From Centroscyllium fabricii (taxonomy: Eukaryota): a stretch of 64,000 nt of DNA. The translations under genes were made by a program, and so were the position numbers. Where the stretch lies: NCBI GenBank assembly GCA_051313645.2, contig JBNRSN020000031.1, forward strand, positions 2,480,001 through 2,544,000, given 5' to 3'. The notes under the pieces were generated by a model, which searched no databases, was not told the DNA's origin, and saw only the letters and a program-made list of their open reading frames with translations. Shown piece after piece: positions 26,681 to 42,391 of this stretch (the first letter of the stretch is position 1; each line of letters opens with the position of its first letter).

Positions 26681-29600
26681 GTGGGCCAATGATAACTCAG
26701 CATGTGATTACGTGAATATAATAGTAGTCCTTACAGATGCCTGCAGGCCAATGATAACTCAGCATTTGATTACGTGAATACATTAGTAGTCCTTACAGAT
26801 GCCTGTGGGCCAATGATAACTCAGCATGTGATTGCGTGAATATAATAGGTAGACCTTACAGATGCCTGCAGGCCAATGATAACTCAGCATGTGGTTAAGT
26901 GAATACAATAGTAGTCCTTAAAGATGCCAGTGGGCCAATGATAACTCAGCATGTGATTATGTCCATATTATAGGTAGTCCTTACAGATGCCTGTGGGTCA
27001 ATGATAACTCAGCAGGGGATTACGTGCATATTATATGTAGTCCTTACAGATGCCTGTGGTCCAATGAAAGCTCAGCATGTGATTACATGAATATAATAGG
27101 TAGTCCTTACAGATGCCTGTGGGCCAATGATAACTCAGCATGTGATTACGTAAATATAATAGGTAGTTCTTACAGATGCCTGTGGGCCAATGATAACTCA
27201 GCATGTGAATACGTGAATATAATAGGTAGTCCTTTCAGATGCCTGTGGGCCAATGAAAACTCAGCATGTGATTATGTGAATACAATAGTAGTCCTTACAG
27301 ATGCCTGCGGGCCAATGATAACTCAGCATGTGATTACGTGAATACAATAGGTAGTCCTTACAGATGTCTGTGGGCAATGATAATTCAGCATGTGATTACG
27401 TGAATATAATAGGTAGTCCTTACAGAGGCCTGTGGGCCAATGATAACTCAGCATGTGATTACGTGAATATAATAGGTAGTCCTTACAGATGCCTGTGGGC
27501 CAATGATAACTCAGCATGGGATTACGTGAATATAATAGGTAGTCCATACAGATGCCTGCAAGCCAAAGATAACTCAGCATGTGATTATGTGAATATAAAA
27601 GGCAGTCCTTACAAATGCCTGTGGGCCAATGATAACACAGCATGTGATTACGTGAATATAATAGGTAGTCATTCCAGATGCTTGTGGGTCAATCATAACT
27701 CAGCATGTGATTACGTAAATATAATAGGTAGTGCTTACAGATGCCTGTGGGCCAATGATAACTCAGCATGTGATTACGTGAATACAATAGTAGTCCTTAC
27801 AGATGCCTTTGGTCCAATGATAATTCAGCATGTGATTACGTGAATATAATAGGTAGTCCTTCCAGATGCCTGTGGGCCAATGATAACTCAGCATGTGATT
27901 ACGTGAATATAATAGGTAGTCCTTACAGATGCCTTGGGTCCAATGATAATTCAGCATGTGATTACGTGAATATAATAGGTAGTCCTTACAGATGCCTGTG
28001 GGCCAATGATAACACAGCATGTGATTACGTGAATATAATAGGTAGTCCTTCCAGATGCCTGTGGGCCAATGATAACTCAGCATGTGATTACGTGAATATA
28101 ATAGGAAATCCTTACAGATGCCTGTGGGCCAATGATAACGCAGCATGTGATTACGTGAATATAATAGGTAGTCCTTACAGATGCCTGCGGGCCAATGATA
28201 ACTCAGCATGTGATTACGTGAATATAATAGGTAGTCCTTACAGATGCCTGTGGGCCAATGATAACTCAGCATGTGATTACGTGAATATAATAGGTAGTCC
28301 TTACAGATGCCTGTTGGCCAATGATAACTCAGCATGTGATTACGTGAATATAATAGTAGTCCTTACAGATGCCTGCAGGCCAATGATAACTCAGCATTTG
28401 ATTACGTGAATACATTAGTTGTCCTTACAGATGCCTGTGGGCCAATGATAACTCAGCATGTGATTGCGTGTATATAATAGGTAGTCCTTACAGATGCCTG
28501 CGGGCCAATTATAACTCAGCATGTGAATACGTGAATATAATAGGTAGTCCTTACAGATGCCTGTGGGCCAATGATAACCGAGCATGTGATTACGTGAATA
28601 TTATAGGTAGTCCTTACAGATGCCTGTCGGCCAATGATAACTCAACATGTGATTACGTGAATATAATAGGTAGTCCTTACAGATGCCTTTGGTCCAATGA
28701 TTACTCAGCAGGTGATTACGTGCATATTATAGGTAGTCCTTACGGATGCCTGTGGTCCGATGAAAACTATGCATGTGATTACGTGAATATAATAGGTAGT
28801 CCTTACAGATGTCTGTGGGCCAATGATAACTCAGGATGTGATTACGTAAATATAATAGGTAGTTCTTACAGATGCCTGTGGGCCAATGATAACTCAGCTT
28901 GTGACTACGTGAATATAATAGGTAGACCTTGCAGATGCCTGTGGGCCAATGATAACTCAGCATGTGATTATGTGAATACAATTGTAGTCCTTACAGATGC
29001 CTGCGGGCCAATGATAACTCAGCATGTGATTACGTGAATATAATAGGTAGTCCTTACAGATGCCTGTGGACAATGATAATTCAGCATGTGATTACGTGAA
29101 TATAATAGGTAGTCCTTACAGATGCCTGAGGGTCAATGATAACTCAGCAGGTGATTACGTGCATATTATAGGTAGTCCTTACAGATGCCTGTGGTCCAAT
29201 GAAAACTCAGCATGTGATTACATGAATATAATAGGTAGTCCTTACAGATGCCTGTGGGCCAATGATAACTCAGCATGTGATTACTTAAATATAATAGGTA
29301 GTTCTTACAGATGCCTGTGGGCCAATGATAACTCAGCATGTGAATACGTGAATATAATAGGTTGTCCATTCTGATGCCTGTGGGCCAATGATAACTCAGC
29401 ATGTGATTATGGGATTACAATAGTAGTCCTTACAGATGCCTGCGGGCCAATGATAACTCAGCATGTGATTACGTGAATATAATAGGTAGTCCTTACAGAT
29501 GCCTGTGGGCAATGATAATTCAGCATGTGATTACGTGAATATAATAGGTAGTCCTTCCAGATGCCTGTGGGCCAATGATAACTCAGCATGTGATTACTTG

Positions 29601-32600
29601 AATATAATAGTTAGTCCTTACCGATGCCTGTGGGCCAATGATAACTCAGCATGTGATTACGTGAATATAATAGGTAGGCCTTACAGATGCCTGTGGGCCA
29701 ATGATAACTCAGCATGTGATTACGTGAATATAATAGGTAGTCCATACAGATGCCTACAGGCCAATGATAACTCAGCATGTGATTACGTGAATACAATAGT
29801 AGTCCTTACAGATGCCTGTGGGCCAATGATAACACAGCATTTGATTATGTGAATACAATTGTAGTCCTTACAGATGCCTGTGGGCAAATGATAACTCAGC
29901 AAGTGATTACGTGAATATAATAGTAGTCCTTACAGATGCCTGTGGGTCAATGATAACTCAGCATGTGATTACATGAATATAATAGGTAGTCCTTACAGAT
30001 GCCTGCGGTCCAATGATAACTCAGCATGTGATTACGTGAATACAATAGTAGTCCTTACAGATGCCTGTGGGCCAATGATAACTCAGCATTTGATTACGTG
30101 AATACAATAGTATTCCTTACAGATGCCTGTGGGCCAATGATAACACAGCATGTGATCACATGAATATAATTGGTAATCCTTACAGATGCCTGCGGGCCAA
30201 TGATAAATTAGCATGTGATTAGGTGAATATAATACGTAGTCCTTACAGATGCCTGTGGGCCAATGAAAACTCAGCATGTGATTACGTGAATATAATAGGT
30301 AGTCCTTACAGATGCCTGTGGGCCAATGATAACTTAGCATGTGATTACGTGAATATAATAGTTAGTCCTTACAGATGCCTGCAGGCCAATGGTAACTCAG
30401 CATTTGATTACGTGAATACATTAGTAGTCCTTACAGATGCCTGTGGGCCAATGATAACTCAGCATGTGATTGCTTGAATATAATAGGTAGTCCTTACAGA
30501 TGCCTGCGGGCCAATGATAACTCAGCATGTGGTTAAGTGAATACAATAGTAGTCCTTAAAGATGCCAGTGGGCCAATGATAACTCAGCATGTGATTACGT
30601 GCATATTATAGGTAGTCCTTACAGATGCCTGTGGTCCAATGTAAGCTCAGCATGTGATTACGTGAATATAATAGGTGGTCCTTACAGATGCCTGTGGGCC
30701 AATGATAACTCAGCATGTGATTACGTAAATATAATAGGTAGTTCTTACAGATGCCTGTGGGCCAATGATAACTCAGCATGTGAACACTTGAATATAATAG
30801 GTAGTCCTTTCAGATGCCTGTGGGCCAATGATAACTCAGCATGTGATTATGTGAATACAATAGTAGTCCTTACAGATGCCTGCAGGCCAATGATAACTCA
30901 GCATGTGATTACGTGAATATAATAGGTAGTCCTTACAGATGCCTGTTTGCAATGATAATACAGCATGTGATTACGTGAATATAATAGGTAGTCCGTACAG
31001 ATGCCTGTGGGCCAAAGATAACTCAGCATGAGATTACGTGAATATAATAGGTAGTCCTTACAGACGCCTGTGGGCCAATGATAACTCAGCATTTGATTAC
31101 GTGAATACAATAGTAGTCCTTACAGATGCCTGTGGGCCAATGATAACTCAGCATTTGATTACGTGAATACAATAGTAGTCCTTACAGACGCCTGTGGGCC
31201 AATGATAACTCAGCAAGTGATTACTTGAATATAATAGTAGTCCTTACAGATGCATGTGGGCCAATGATAACTCAGCATGTGATTACATGAATATAATAGG
31301 TAGTCCTTATAGATGCCTGCGGGCCAATGATAACACAGCATGTGATCACATGAATATAATTGGTAGTCCTTACAGATGCCTGCGGGCCAATGATAACTCA
31401 GCATGTGATTCAGTGAATACAATAGTAGTCCTTAAAAATGCCAGTGGGCCAATGATAACTCAGCATGTGATTACTTCAATATGATAGGTAGTTCTTACAG
31501 ATGCCTGTGGGCCAATGATATCTCAGCATGTGAATACGTGAATAGATTAGGTAGTCGTTTCAGATGCCTGTGGGCCAATGACAACTCAGCATGTGATTAT
31601 GTGAATACAATAGTAGTCCTTACAGATGCCTGCGGGCCAATGATAACTCAGCATGTGATTACGTGAATATAATAGGTAGTCCTTACAGATGACTGTGGGC
31701 AATGATAATTCAGCATGTGATTACGCGAATATAATAGGTAGTCCTTACTGATGCCTGTGGGCCAATGATAACTCAGCATGTGATTACGTGAATATAATAG
31801 GTAGTCCTTACAGATGCCTGTGGGCCAATGATAACTCAGCATGGGATTACGTGAATATTATAGGTAGTCCATACAGATGCCTGCAAGCCAATGATAACTC
31901 AGCATATGATTATGTGAATAAAATAGGCAGTCCTTACAAATGCCTGTGGGCCAATGATAACTCAGCATGTGATTACTTGAATATAATAGGTAGTCATTCC
32001 AGATGCCTGTGGGTCAATGATAACTCAGCATGTGATTACGTAAATATAATAGGTAGTCCTTACAGATGCCTGTGGGCCAATGATAACTCAGCAAGTGATT
32101 ACGTGAATACAATAGTAGTCCCTACAGATGCCTTTGTTCCAATGATAATTCAGCATGTGATTACGTGAATATAATAGGTAGTACTTCCAGATGCCTGTGG
32201 GCCAATGATAACTCAGCATGTGATTACGTGAATATAATAGGTAGTCCTTACAGATGCCTTTGGTCCAATGATAATTCAGCATGGGATTACGTGAATATAA
32301 TAGGTAGTCCTTACAGATGCCTGTGGGCCAATGATAACACAGCATGTGATTACGTGAATATAATAGGTATTCCTTCCAGATGCCTGTGGGCCAATGATAA
32401 CTCAGCATGTGATTACGTGAATATAATAGGTAATCCTTACAGATGCCTGTGGGCCAATGATAACGCAGCATGTGATTACGTAAATATAATAGGTAGTTCT
32501 TACAGATGCCTGTGGTCCAATGAAAACTATGCATGTGATTATGTGAATACAATAGGTAGTCCTTACAGATGCCTGTGGGCAATGATAATTCAGCATGTGA

Positions 32601-35600
32601 TTACGTGAATATAATATGTAGTCCTTACAGATGCCTGAGGGTCAATGATAACTCAGCAGGTGATTACGTGCATATTATAGGTTGTCCTTACAGATGCCTG
32701 TGGTCCAATGAAAACTCAGCATGTGATTACATGAATATAATTGGTAGTCCTTACAGATGCCTGTGGGCCAATGATAACTCAGCATGTGATTAATTAAATA
32801 TAATAGGTAGTTCTTACAGATGCCTGTGGGCCAATGATAACTCAGCATGTTAATATGTGAACATAATAGGTAGTCCTTTCAGATGCCTGTGGGCCAATGA
32901 TAACTCAGCATGTGATTACGTGAATATAATAGATAGTCCTTACAGATGCCTGTGGGCAATGATAATTCAGCATGTGATTACGCGAATATAATAGGTAGTC
33001 CTTACTGATGCCTGTGGGCCAATGATAACTCAGCATGTGATTACGTGAATATAATAGGTAGTCCTTATAGATGCCTGTGGGCCAATGATAACTCAGCATG
33101 TGATTACGTGAATATAATAGGTAGTCCTTACAGATGCCTGTGGGCCAATGATAACTCAGCATGTGATTACGTGAATATAATAGGTAGTCCATACAGAAGC
33201 CTGCGGGCCAATGATAACTCAGCATGTGATTACGTGAATACAATAGTAGTCCTTACAGATGCCTGTGGGCCAATGATAACTCAGCATTTGATTACGTGAC
33301 TACAATAGTAGTCCTTACAGATGCCTGTGGGCCAATGATAACTCAGCAAGTGATTACGTGAATATTATAGGTATTCCTTACAGATGCCTGTGGTCCAATG
33401 AAAGCTCAGCATGTGATTACGTGAATATAATAGGTAGTCCTTACAGATGCCTGTGGGCCAGTAATAACTCAGCATGTGATTACGTAAATATAATAGGTAG
33501 TTCTTACAGATGCCTGCGGGCCAATGATAACTCAGCAAGTGATGACTTGAATATAATGTTAGTCCTTACAGATGCCTGTGTGCCAATGATAACTCAGCAT
33601 GTGATTACATGAATATAATAGGTAGTCCTTACAGATGCCTGCGGGCCAATGATAACACAACATGTGATCACATGAATATAATTGGTAGTCCTTACAGATG
33701 CCTGCGGGCCAATGATAACTCAGCATGTGATTAGGTGAATATAATACGTAGTCCTTACAGATGCCTGTGGGCCAATGATAACTCAGCATGTGATTACGTG
33801 AATATAAGAGTAGTCCTTACAGATGCCTGCAGGCCATTGATAACTCAGCATTTGTTTACGTGAGTACAATAGTAGTCCTTAAAGATGACTGTGTGCCAAT
33901 GATAACTCAGCATGTGATTGCGTGAATATAATAGGTAGTCCTTACAGATGCCTGCGGGCCAATGATAACTCAGCATGTGGTCAAGTGAATACAATAGTAG
34001 TCCTTAAAGATGCCAGTGGGCCAATGATAACTCAGCATGTGATTACTTCAATATGATAGGTAGTTCTTACAGATGCCTGTGGGCCAATGATAACTCAGCA
34101 TGTGAATACGTGAATATAATAGGTAGTCCTTTCAGATGCCTGTGGGCCAATGATAACTCAGCATGTGATTATTTGAATACAATAGTAGTCCTTACAGATG
34201 CCTGTGGGCAATGATAATTCAGCATGTGATTACGTGAATATAATAGGTAGTCCTTACAGATGCCTGTGGGCAATGATAATTCAGCATGTGATTACGTGAA
34301 TATAATAGGTAACCCTTACAGATGCCTGTGGGCCAATTATAACGCAGCATGTGATTACGTGAATATAATAGGTAGTCCTTACAGATGCCTGTGGGCCAAT
34401 GATAATTCAGCATGTGATTACGTGAATATAATAGGTAGTCCTTACAGATGCCTGTGGGCCAATGATAACTCAGCATGTGATTACGTAAATATAATAGGTA
34501 GTGCTTACAGATGCCTGTGGGCCAATTATAACTCAGCATGTGAATACGTGAATATAATAGGTAGTCCTTACAGATGCCTGTGGGCCAATGATAACCGAGC
34601 TTGTGATTACGTGAATATAATAGGTAGTCCTTACAGATGCCTGTGGGCCAATGATAACTCAACACGTGATTACGTGAATATAATAGGTAGTCCTTACAGA
34701 TGCCTTTGGTCCAATGATAACTCAACTGGTGATTACATGCATATTATAGGTAGTCCTTACAGATGCCTGTGGTCCAATGAAAACTATGCATGTGATTACG
34801 TGAATATAATAGGTAGTCCTTACAGATGCCTTTGGTCCAATGATAATTCAGCATGGGATTACGTGAATATAATAGGTAGTCCTTACAGATGCCTGTGGGC
34901 CAATGATAACACAGCATGTGATTACGTGAATATAATAGATATTCCTTCCAGATGCCTGTGGGCCAATGATAACTCAGCATGTGATTACGTGAATATAATA
35001 GGTAATCCTTACAGATGCCTGTGGGCCAATGATAACGCAGCATGTGATTACGTGAATATAATAGGTAGTCCTTACAGATGCCTGTGGGCCAATGATAACT
35101 CAGCATGTGATTACGTGAATATAATAGGTAGTCCTTACCGATGCCTGTGGGCCAATGATAACTCAGCATGTGATTACGTGAATATAATAGGTAGTGCTTA
35201 CAGATGCCTGTGAGCCAATTATAACTCAGCATGTGAATACGTGAATATAATAGGTAGTCCTTACAGATGCCTGTGGGCCAATGATAACCAAGCATGTGTT
35301 TACATGAATATAATAGGTAGTCCTTACAGATGCCTGTGGGCCAATGATAACTCAACATGTGATTACGTGAATATAATAGGTAGTCCTTACAGATGCCTTT
35401 GGTCCAATGAAAACTATGCATGTGATTACGTGAATATAATAGGTAGTCCTTACAGATGCCTGTGGGCCAATGATAACTCAGCATGTGATTACATAAATAT
35501 AATAGGTAGTTCTTACAGATGCCTGTGGGCCAATGATAACTCAGCATGTGAATACGTGAATATAATAGGTAGACCTTTCAGATGCCTGTGGGCCAATGAT

Positions 35601-38600
35601 AACTCAGCATGTGATTATGTGAATACAATAGGTAGTCCTTACAGATGCCTGTGGGCAATGATAATTCAGCATGTGATTACGTGAATATAATATGTAGTCC
35701 TTACAGATGCCTGAGGGTCAATGATCACTCAGCAGGTGATTACGTGCATATTATAGGTTGTCCTTACAGATGCCTGTGGTCCAATGAAAACTCAGCATGT
35801 GATTACATGAATATAATTGATAGTCCTTACAGATGCCTGTGGGCCAATGATAACTCAGGATGTGATTAATTAAATATAATAGGTAGTTCTTACAGATGCC
35901 TGTGGGCCAATGATAACTCAGCATGTTAATACGTGAACATAATAGGTAGTCCTTTCAGATGCCTGTGGGCCAATGATAAATCAGCATGTGATTATGTGAA
36001 TACAATAGTAGTCCTTACAGATGCCTGCGGGCCATTGATAACTCAGCATGTGATTACGTGAATATAATAGATAGTCCTTACAGATGCCTGTGGGCAATGA
36101 TAATTCAGCATGTGATTACGCGTATATAATAGGTAGTCCTTATAGATGCCTGTGGGCCAATGATAACTCAGCATGTGATTACGTGAATATAATAGGTAGT
36201 CCTTATAGATGCCTGTGGGCCAATGATAACTCAGCATGTGATTACGTGAATATAATAGGTAGTCCTTACAGATGACTGTGGGCCAATGATAACTCAGCAT
36301 GTGATTACGTGAATATAATAGGTAGTCCATACAGATGCCTGCGGGCCAATGATAACTCAGCATGTGATTACGTGAATACAATAGTAGTCCTTACAGATGC
36401 CTGTGGGCCAATGATAACTCAGCATTTGATTACGTGAATACAATAGTAGTCCTTACAGATGTCTGTGTGCCAATGATAACGCAGCAAGTGATTACGTGAA
36501 TATTATAGGTAGTCCTTACAGATGCCTGTGGTCCAATGAAAGCTCAGCATGTGATTACGTGAATATAATAGGTAGTCCTTACAGATGCCTGTGGGCCAAT
36601 GATAACTCAGCATGTGATTACGTAAATATAATAGGTAGTTCTTACAGTATGCCTGTGGGCCAATGATAACTCAGCATGTGAATACGTGAATATAATAGGT
36701 AGTCCTTTCAGATGCCTGTGCGCCAATGATAACTCAGCATGTGATTATGTGAATACAATAGTAGTCCTTACAGATGCCTGCAGGCCAATGATAACTCAGC
36801 ATGTGATTACGTGTATATAGTAGGTAGTCCTTACAGATGCCTGTGTGCAATGATAATTCAGCATGTGATTACGTGAATATAATAGGTAGTCCTTCCAGAT
36901 GCCTGTGGGCCAATGATAACCGAGCATGTGATTACGTGAATATAATAGGTAGACCTTACAGATGCCTGTGGGCCAATGATAACTCAACACGTGATTACGT
37001 GAATATAATAGGTAGTCCTTACAGATGCCTTTGGTCCAATGATAACTCAGCTGGTGATTACGTGCTTATTATAGGTAGTCCTTACAGATGCCTGTGGTCC
37101 AATGAAAACTATGCATGTGATTACGTGTATATAATAAGTAGTCCTTACAGATGCCTGTGGGCCAATGATAACTCAGCATGTTATTACGTAAATAAAATAG
37201 GTAGTTCTTACAGATGCCTGTGGGCCAATGATAACTCAGCATTTGAATACGTGAATATAATAGGTAGACCTTTCAGATGCCTGTGGGCCAATGATAACTC
37301 AGCATGTGATTATGTGAATACAATAGTAGTCCTTACAGATGCCTGCGGGCCAATGATAACTCAGCATGTGATTACGTGAATATAATAGGTAGTCCTTACA
37401 GATGCCTGTGGGCAATGATAATTCAGCATGTGATTACGTGAATATAATAGGTAGTCCTTACAGATGCCTGAGGATCAATGATGACTCAGCAGGTGATTAC
37501 GTGCATATTATAGGTAGTCCTTACAGATGCCTGTGGTCCAATGAAAACTCAGCATGTGATTACATGAATATAATAGGTAGTCCTTACAGATGCCTGTGGG
37601 CCAATGATAACTCAGCATGTGATTACTTAAATATAATAGGTAGTTCTTACAGATGCCTGTGGGCCAATGATAACTCAGCATGTGAATACGTGAATATAAT
37701 AGGTAGTCCTTTCAGATGCCTGTGGGCCAATGATAAATCTGCATGTGATTACGTGAATATAATAGGTAGTCCTTACAGATGCCTGTGGGCCAATGATAAC
37801 TAAGCATGTGATTACGTGAATATAATAGGTAGTCCTTACAGATGCCTGTGGACCAATGATAACTCAGCATGTGATTACGTGAATATAATAGGTAGTCCAT
37901 ACAGATGCCTGCGGGCCAATGATAACTCAGCATGTGATTACGTGAATACAATAGTAGTCCTTACAGATGCCTGTGGGCCAATGATAACTCAGCATTTGAT
38001 TATGTGAATACAATAGTAGTCCTTACAGATGCCTGTGGGCCAATGATAACTCAGCATTTGATTACGTGAATACAATAGTAGTCCTTACAGATGCCTGTGG
38101 GCCAATGATAACTCAGCAAGTGATTACGTGAATATTATAGGTAGTCCTTACAGATGCCTGTGGTCCAATGAAAGCTCAGCATGTGATTACGTGAATATAA
38201 TAGGTAGTCCTTACAGATGCCTGTGGGGCAATGATAACTCAGCATGTGATTACGTAAATATAATAGGTAGTTCTTACAGATGCCTGTGGGCCAATGATAA
38301 CTCAGCATGTGAATACGTGAATATAATAGGTAGTCCTTTCAGATGCCTGTGCGCCAATGATAACTCAGCATGTGATTATGTGAATACAATAGTAGTCCTT
38401 ACAGATGCCTGCAGGCCAATGATAACTCAGCATGTGATTACGTGAATATAGTAGGTAGTCCTTACAGATGCCTGTGTGCAATGATAATTCAGCATGTGAT
38501 TACGTGAATATAATAGGTAGTCCTTACAGATGCCTGTGGGTCAATAATAACTCAGCAGGTGATTACGTGCATATTATAGGTAGTCCTTACAGATGCCTGT

Positions 38601-41600
38601 GGTCCAATGAAAACTCAGCATGAGATTACGTGAATATAATAGGTAGTCCTTACAGGTGCCTGTGGGCCAATGATAACTCAGCATTTGATTACGTTAATAT
38701 AATAGGTAGTCCATAAAGATGCCTGCGGGCCAATGATAACTCAGCATGTGATTACGTGAATACAATAGTAGTCCTTACAGATGCCTGTGGGCCAATGTTA
38801 ATTCAGCATTTGATTACGTGAATACAATAGTAGTCCTTACAGACGCCTGTGGGCCAATGATAACTCAGCAAGTGATTAATTGAATATAATAGTAGTCCTT
38901 ACAGATGCCTGTGGGCCAATGATAACTCAGCATGTGATTACATGAATATAATAGGTAGTCCTTACAGATGCCTGCGGGCCAATGATAACACAGCATGTGA
39001 TCACATGAATATAATTGGTAGTCCTTACAGATGCCTGCGGGCCAATGATAACTCAGCATGTGATTAGGTGAATATAATACGTAGCCCTTACAGATGCCTG
39101 TGGGCCAATGAAAACTCAGCATGTGATTACGTGAATATAATAGGTAGTCCTTACAGATGCCTGTGGGCCAATGATAACTCAGCATGTGATTACGTGAATA
39201 TAAGAGTAGTCCTTACAGATGCCTGCAGGCCATTGATAACTCAGCATTTGTTTACGTGAGTACAATAGTAGTCCTTAAAGATGACTGTGTGCCAATGATA
39301 ACTCAGCATGTGATTGCGTGAATATAATAGGTAGTCCTTACAGATGCCTGCGGGCCAATGATAACTCAGCATGTGGTTAAGTGAATACAATAGTAGTCCT
39401 TAAAGATGCCAGTGGGCCAATGATAACTCAGCATGTGATTACTTCAATATGATAGGTAGTTCTTACAGATGCCTGTGGGCCAATGATAATTCAGCATGTG
39501 AATACGTGAATATAATAGGTAGTCCTTTCAGATGCCTGTGGGCCAATGATAACTCAGCATGTGATTATTTGAATAAAATAATAGTCCTTACAGATGCCTG
39601 TGGGCAATGATAATTCAGCATGTGATTACGTGAATATAATAGGTAGTCCTTACAGATGCCGGTGGGCCAATGATAACTCAGCATGGGATTACGTGAATAT
39701 AATAGGTAGTCCATACAGATGCCTGCAAGCCAATGATAACTCAGCATGTGATTATGTGAATATAATAGGAAGTCCTTACAAATGCCTGTGGGCCAATGAT
39801 AACTCAGCATGTGATTATGTGAATATAATAGGTAGTCATTCCAGATGCCTGTGGGTCAATGATAACTCAGCATGTGATTACGTAAATATAATAGGTAGTC
39901 CTTACAGATGCCTGTGGGCCAATGATAACTCAGCATGTGATTACGTGAATACAATAGTAGTCCTTACAGATGCCTTTGGTCCAATGATAATTCAGCATGT
40001 CATTACGTGAATATAATAGGTAGTCCTTCCAGATGCCTGTGGGCCAATGATAACTAAGCATGTGATTACTTGAATATAATAGGTAGTCCTTACAGATGCC
40101 TTTGGTCCAATGATAATTCAGCATGTGATTAAGTGAATATAATAGGTAGTCCTTACAGATGCCTGTGGGCCAATGATAACGCAGCATGTGATTACGTGAA
40201 TATAATAGGTAGTCCTTCCAGATGCCTGTGGGCCAATGATAACTCAGCATGTGATTACGTGAATATAATAGGTAACCCTTACAGATGCCTGTGGGCCAAT
40301 TATAACGCAGCATGTGATTACGTGAATATAATAGGTAGTCCTTACAGATGCCTGTGGGCCAATGATAACTCAGCATGTGATTACGTGAATATAATAGGTA
40401 GTCCTTACAGATGCCTGTGGGCCAATGATAACTCAGCATGTGATTACGTAAATATAATACGTAGTGCTTACAGATGCCTGTGGGCCAATTATAACTCAGC
40501 ATGTGAATACGTGAATATAATAGGTAGTCCTTACAGATGCCTGTGGGCCAATGATAACCGAGCATGTGATTACGTGAATATAATAGGTAGTCCTTACAGA
40601 TGCCTGTGGGCCAATGATAACTCAACACGTGAATACGTGAATTAATAGGTAGTCCTTACAGATGCCTTTGGTCCAATGATAACTCAGCTGGTGATTACGT
40701 GCATATTATAGGTAGTCCTTACAGATGCCTGTGGTCCAATTAAAACTATGCATGTGATTACGTGAATATAATAGGTAGTCCTTACAGATGCCTGTGGGCC
40801 AATGATAACTCAGCATGTTATTACATAAATAAAATAGGTAGTTCTTACAGATGCCTGTGGGCCAATGATAACTCAGCATTTGAATACGTGAATATAATAG
40901 GTAGACCTTTCAGATGCCTGTGGGCCAATGATAACTCAGCATGTGATTATGTGAATACAATAGTAGTCCTTACAGATGCCTGCGGGCCAATGATAACTCA
41001 GCATGTGATTACGTGAATATAATAGGTAGTCCTTACAGATGCCTGTGGGCAATGATAATTCAGCATGTGATTACGTGAATATAATAGGTAGTCCTTACAG
41101 ATGCCTGAGGATCAATGATAACTCAGCAGGTGATTACGTGCATATTATAGGTAGTCCTTACAGATGCCTGTGGTCCAATGAAAACTCAGCATGTGATTAC
41201 ATGAATATAATAGGTAGTCCTTACAGATGCCTGTGGGCCAATGATAACTCAGCATGTGATTACTTAAATATAATAGGTAGTTCTTACAGATGCCTGTGGG
41301 CCAATGATAACTCAGCATGTGAATACGTGAATATAATAGGTAGTCCTTTCAGATGCCTGTGGGCCAATGATAACTCTGCATGTGATTACGTGAATATAAT
41401 AGGTAGTCCTTACAGATGCCTGTGGGCCAATGATAACTAGCATGTGATTACGTGAATATAATAGGTAGTCCTTACAGATGCCTGTGGACCAATGATAACT
41501 CAGCATGTGATTACGTGAATATAATAGGTAGTCCATACAGATGCCTGCGGGCCAATGATAACTCAGCATGTGATTACGTGAATACAATAGTAGACCTTAC

Positions 41601-42291
41601 AGATGCCTGTGGGCCAATGATAACTCAGCATTTGATTATGTGAATACAATAGTAGTCCTTACAGATGCCTGTGGGCCAATGATAACTCAGCAAGTGATTA
41701 TGTGAATATAATAGTAGTCCTTACAGATGTCTGTGAGCCAATGATAACTCAGCATGTGATTACATGAATATAATAGGTAATCCTTACAGATGCCTGCGGG
41801 CCAATGATAACTCAGCATGTGATTACGTGAATACAATAGTAGTCCTTACAGATGCCTGTGGGCCAATGATAACTCAGCATTTGATTACGTGAATACAATA
41901 GTAGTCCTTACAAATGCCTGTGGGCCAATGATAACACAGCATGTGATCACATGAATATAATTGGTAATCCTTACAGATGCCTGCGGGCCAATGATAATTC
42001 AGCATGTGATTACGTGAATATAATAGTTAGTCCTTACAGATGCCTGTGGGCCAATGAAAACTCAGCATGTGATTACGTGAATATAATAGGTAGTCCTTAC
42101 AGATGCCTGTGGGCCAATGATAACTCAGCATGTGATTACGTGAATATAATAGTAGTCCTTACAGATGGTTGCAGGCCAATGATAACTCAGCATTTGATTA
42201 CGTGAATACATTAGTAGTCCTTACAGATGCCTGTGGGCCAATGATAACTCAGCATGTGATTGCGTGAATATAATAGGTAGTCCTTACAGAT

Positions 42292-42315
42292 ACATAGATA
42301 CATAGATACATAGAT
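42292..42315 (-). repeat. CR1 3' microsatellite tail (ATCTATGT)3
   Basis: Plus strand reads ACATAGAT x3 directly after satellite CCTTACAGAT. Confidence 0.93.
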
Positions 42316-42319
42316 GATA

Positions 42320-42358
42320 GGAGCAGGAGTAGGCCATTCGGCCCTTCGAGCCTGCTCC
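42320..42358 (-). other. CR1 3' UTR stem-loop, family B
   Basis: Perfect 8-bp inverted repeat GGAGCAGG (42320-42327)/CCTGCTCC (42351-42358) enclosing an inner GGCC-ATTC-GGCC hairpin (42332-42343). Confidence 0.8.
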
Positions 42359-42391
42359 GCCATTCAATGAGATCATGGCTGATCCTTCAGT

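Noticed and set aside
36641-36655. Unique 1-bp insertion CAGTATGCC as a possible element footprint
   Set aside because: Singleton, indistinguishable from a point indel or sequencing error.
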